From: Malacoraja senta
Taxonomy: Eukaryota
NCBI GenBank assembly: GCA_038087875.1
Contig: CM075995.1
Span: 7,938,001-8,002,000, forward strand
Direction of reading: 5' to 3'
DNA: 64,000 bases
Shown here: positions 59,945 to 64,000 of the stretch, piece after piece
Layout of the letters: each line of letters opens with the position of its first letter
How positions within the stretch are numbered: position 1 is the first letter of the stretch
Translations under genes and position numbers: made by a program
The notes under the pieces: model-generated
Database searches by the model: none
What the model was told of the DNA's origin: nothing
What the model saw: only the letters and a program-made list of their open reading frames with translations

Positions 59945-62900
59945 AAAATGTCTCCTATTCCTTCGCTCCATAGATGCTGCCTCACCCGCTGAATTTCCTC
60001 AGCTTATTTGTCTACCTCAGATTCCTATTAAATCTTTCCCCTTCACCTTAAACCAATATCCTCTGGTCCTCAATTCCCCTGCTCTGGCAAAAGACTCTGT
60101 GCGTCTACCCGATCTATTCCTATCATGATTTTGTACACCTCTATAAGATCATCCTCATCTTCCTGCGCTCCAAGGATTAAAGTCATAATGCACTATAATA
60201 CATAACGCACCATAATACTATATAATACACTATGACACATGATTTTTAACACACCCAAATACAATATAACACACTATAATACAAAATGTGGTTGATGCTC
60301 CTCACCAAGATGGTCGCCATCGCTACAAACGCCCCTCACCAATATGGCTTCCGTACTCTTCAGTCACAGTCACTTCCACTAATTGCCCTGCACGAAGATG
60401 GCAGCAGCCTCCCCTCAGTCATTCACTTGATGCAAATGCCCCACACCAAGATGGCTGCCTCAGTCACACTCACTCCCTGCTGATGCCCTGCAGTGTTGTT
60501 TGTGACCCCCACCCAGTCATACGGTGATGCCGGGTGGGACCGTGATGCTGGGTGGGACGGTCGAGCCCGTGGGGAACGACGAAGGAAGAGAGGGGGGGCA
60601 GGGCTGGGGAGGGGAGTCACAGAGTCACACAGATTCACCACCCTCTGCCTAAAGAAATTCCTCCCCATCTCCTTTCTAAAGGAATGCCCTTTAATTCTGA
60701 GTATGCCTTCTGGTCCGAGACTCTCCCACTAGTGGAAACATCCCCTCCACATCCACTCTATCCAAGTCTTTCACTATTCGGGAAAGTTTTATTGAGGACC
60801 CTCGCCTCCTCCTCCTCATTCTTCTAAACTCCAGCGAATCCAGGCCCAATGCAGACAAATGCTCATCGTACATTAACCCACTCATTCTTGGGATCGTTCT
60901 TGTAAACCTCCTCTGGACCCTCTGCAGTGCCAAGCACATCCTTCCCTCAGATATGGGACCCAAAACTGCTCACAATGGCCCATGTCCCTCTAAACCTGTC
61001 CTATCCATGTACCTGTCCAAGTATCTTTTAAACATTGTAATAGTCCCTTGCCTCAACTACCTCCTCTGGCTGCTTGTTCCATACACCCACCCTCTGTGTG
61101 GAAAAGTTACACCTCAGATTCCTATGTTTCAGAAAGAACTGCAGATTCTGGAAAAATCGAAGGTAGAAAAAACCTGGAGAAACTCAGCGGGTGAGGCAAC
61201 ATCTATGGAGCAAAGGAATAGGCGACGTTTCAGGGTCGAGACCTTTCTTTAGACTGAAGAAGGGTCAGTCTGAAGAATAGACAAAAGATGCAGTAGGCCA
61301 TTCGCCTCTTCGAGCCAGCACCGCCATTCAATGTGATCATGGCTGATCATCCACAATCAGTACCCCCGTTCCTGCCTTCTCCCCATATCTCCTGACTCCG
61401 CTATCTTTAAGAGCCCTATCAAGCACTCTCTTGAAAGTATCCAGAGAACCGGCCTCCACTGCCCTCTGAGGCAGAGAATTCCACAGACTCAAAACTCTCT
61501 GTGTGAAAAAGTTTCCTCATCTCTGTTCTAAAATGCATTACCCCTTATTCTTAAACTGTGGCACCTTGTTCTGGACTCCCCCAACATCGGGAATGGTCTC
61601 GACCTGAAAAGTCTCCTATTCCTTCACTCCATAGCTGCATCATCACCCGCTGAATTTCTGCAGCTTTTTGTCTACCTCAGATTCCTATTAAATCTTTCCC
61701 CTTCACCTGAAACCGATGTCCTCTGGTCCTCGATTCCCCTCCTCTGGCAAAAGACTCTGTGCGTCTACCCGATCTATTCCTATCATAATTTTGTACACCT
61801 CTATAAGTCATCCCTCATCCTCCTGCGCTCCAAGGATTTAAAGTTATAATGCACTATAATACATAAGGCACCATAATACAATATAATACACTATGACACA
61901 TGATTTTTAACACACCCAAATACAATATAACACACTATAATACAAAATGTGGTTGATGCTCCTCACCAAGATGGTCACGATCGCTACAAACGCCCCTCAC
62001 CAATATGGCTTCCGTACTCTTCAGTCACAGTCACTTCCACTAATTGCCCTGCACGAAGATGGCAGCAGCCTCCCCTCAGTCAGTCACTTGATGCAAATGC
62101 CCCACACCAAGATGGCTGCCTCAGTCACACTCACTCCCTGCTGATGCCCTGCAGTGTCGTTTGTGACCCCCACCCGGTCATACGGTGATGCCGGGTGGGA
62201 CCGTGATGCTGGATGGGACGGTCGAGCCTGTGGGGAACGATGAAGGAAGAGAGGGGGGGGCAGGGCTGGGGGAGGGGAGTCACAGAGTCACACAGATTCA
62301 CCACCCTCTGCCTAAAGAAATTCCTCTCCATCTCCTTTCTAAAGGAACGCCCTTTAATTCTGAGTATGCCTTCTGGACCGAGACTCTCCCACTAGTGGAA
62401 ACATCCTCTCCACATCCACTCTATCCAAGCCTTTCACTATTCGGGAAAGTTTTAATGAGGACCCCCACCCCCTCCTCATTCTTCTAAACTCCAGCGAGTC
62501 CAGGCCCAATGCAGACAAATGCTCATCGTACATTAACCCACTCATTCCTGGGATCGTTCTTGTGAACCTCCTCTGGACCCTCTGCAATGCCAAGCACATC
62601 CTTCCCTCAGATATGGGACCCAAAACTGCTCACAATGGCCCATGTCCCTCTAAACCTGTCCTATCCATGTACCTGTCCAAGTATCTTTTAAACATTGCAA
62701 TAGTCCCTGCCTCAACTACCTCTCCTCTGGCAGCTTGTTCCATACACCCACCCTCTATGTGGAAAAGTTACACTTCAGATACCTATGTTTCAGAAAGAAC
62801 TGCAGATTCTGGAAAAATCGACGGTAGAAAAAACCTGGGAGAAACTCAGCGGGTGAGGCAGCATCTATGGAGCAAAGGAATAGGCGACGTTTCGGGTCGA

Positions 62901-64000
62901 GACCTTTCTTCAGACTGAAGAAGGGTCAGTCTGAAGAATAGACAATAGGTGCAGTAGGCCATTCGCCTCTTCAAGCCAGCACCGCAATTCAATGTGATCA
63001 TGGCTGATCATCCACAATCAGTACCCCCGTTCCTGCCTTCTCCCCATATCTCCTGACTCCGCTATCTTTAAGAGCCCTATCAAGCTCTCTCTTGAAAGTA
63101 TCCAGAGAACCGGCCTCCACTGCCCCCTGAGGCAGAGAATTCCACAGACTCAAAACTCTCTGTGTGAAAAAGTTTCCTCATCTCTGTTCTAAATGCATTA
63201 CCCCTTATTCTTAAACTGTGGCACCTTGTTCTGGACTCCCCCAACATCCGGAATGGTCTCGACCTGAAACGTCTCCTGTTCCTTCACTCCATAGCTGCAT
63301 CGTCACCTGCTGAATTTCTGCAGCTTTTTTGTCTACCTCAGATTCCTATTAAATCTTTCCCCTTCACCTTAAACCTCTGGTCCTCGATTCCGCTCCTCTG
63401 GCAAAAGACTCTCTGCGTCTACCCGATCTATTCCTGTCATGATTTTGTACACCACTATAAGATCATCCCTCATCCTCATGTGCTCCAAGGAATAAAGTTA
63501 TAATGCACTATAACACATAATGCACCATAATACAATATAATACACTATGACACATGATTTTTAACACACCCAAATACAATATAACACACTATAATACAAA
63601 ATGTGGTTGATGCTCCTCACCAAGATGGTCGCCATCGCTACAAACGCCCCTCACCAATATGGCTTCCGTACTCTTCAGTCACAGTCACTTCCACTAATTG
63701 CCCTGCATGAAGATGGCAGCAGCCCCCCCTCAGTCAGTCACTTGATGCAAATGCCCCACACCAAGATGGCTGCCTCAGTCACACTCACTCCCTGCTGATG
63801 CCCTGCAGTGTCGTTTGTGACCCCCACCCGGTCATACGGTGATGCCGGGTGGGACCGTGATGCTGGGTGGGACGGTCGAGCCCGTGGGGAATGACTAAGG
63901 AAGAGAGGGGGGGCAGGGCTGGGGGAGGGGAGTCACAGAGTCACACAGATTCACCACCCTCTGCCTAAAGAAATTCCTCCCCATCTCCTTTCTAAAGGAA
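59945..64000 (-). repeat. ~1.65-kb composite tandem repeat, right arm (2.4+ units, runs off the window)
   Basis: Marker blocks at 60286, 61947 and 63601 (spacings 1661 and 1654). Confidence 0.9.

Larger units (their letters stand above)
45913..64000. repeat. Large inverted repeat: left arm 45913-53284, right arm 54954-64000+
   Basis: All exons, microsatellites and TE fragments are mirrored. The right arm carries one extra ~1.65-kb unit. Confidence 0.92.

Overview
Repeat-dense vertebrate genomic DNA, most likely from a cartilaginous fish (skate/ray), inferred from HE1/V-SINE-type SINEs, HER1/CR1 LINEs and Penelope-derived MER6-like termini. I found no intact protein-coding gene. (1) 1-19.1 kb is a mosaic of local direct and inverted duplications. 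It carries two copies of a symmetric CpG promoter-like module and young L1 insertions. (2) 19.6-24.5 kb is a Rex1/Babar LINE interrupted by a degenerate DIRS tyrosine-recombinase retrotransposon with intact ITR/ICR ends. (3) 27.0-39.4 kb is a DNA transposon with a 5-bp TSD. Nested inside it are a foldback, a two-LTR endogenous retrovirus (tRNA-Ser PBS; gag, pol and env remnants; itself carrying a CR1 insertion) and an L1 with a 53-bp TSD. (4) 41.5-43.7 kb is a CR1 LINE. (5) 44-64 kb holds a ~1.65-kb tandem unit upstream of an internally deleted, frameshifted calsyntenin-3-like (CLSTN3) pseudogene. This block is present twice as a large inverted repeat around a 200-N assembly gap. Minimal hammerhead-like motifs (Penelope ends) and a candidate HDV-like motif (RTE 5' end) also occur. 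Family assignments come from motif recognition only; no database search was run.
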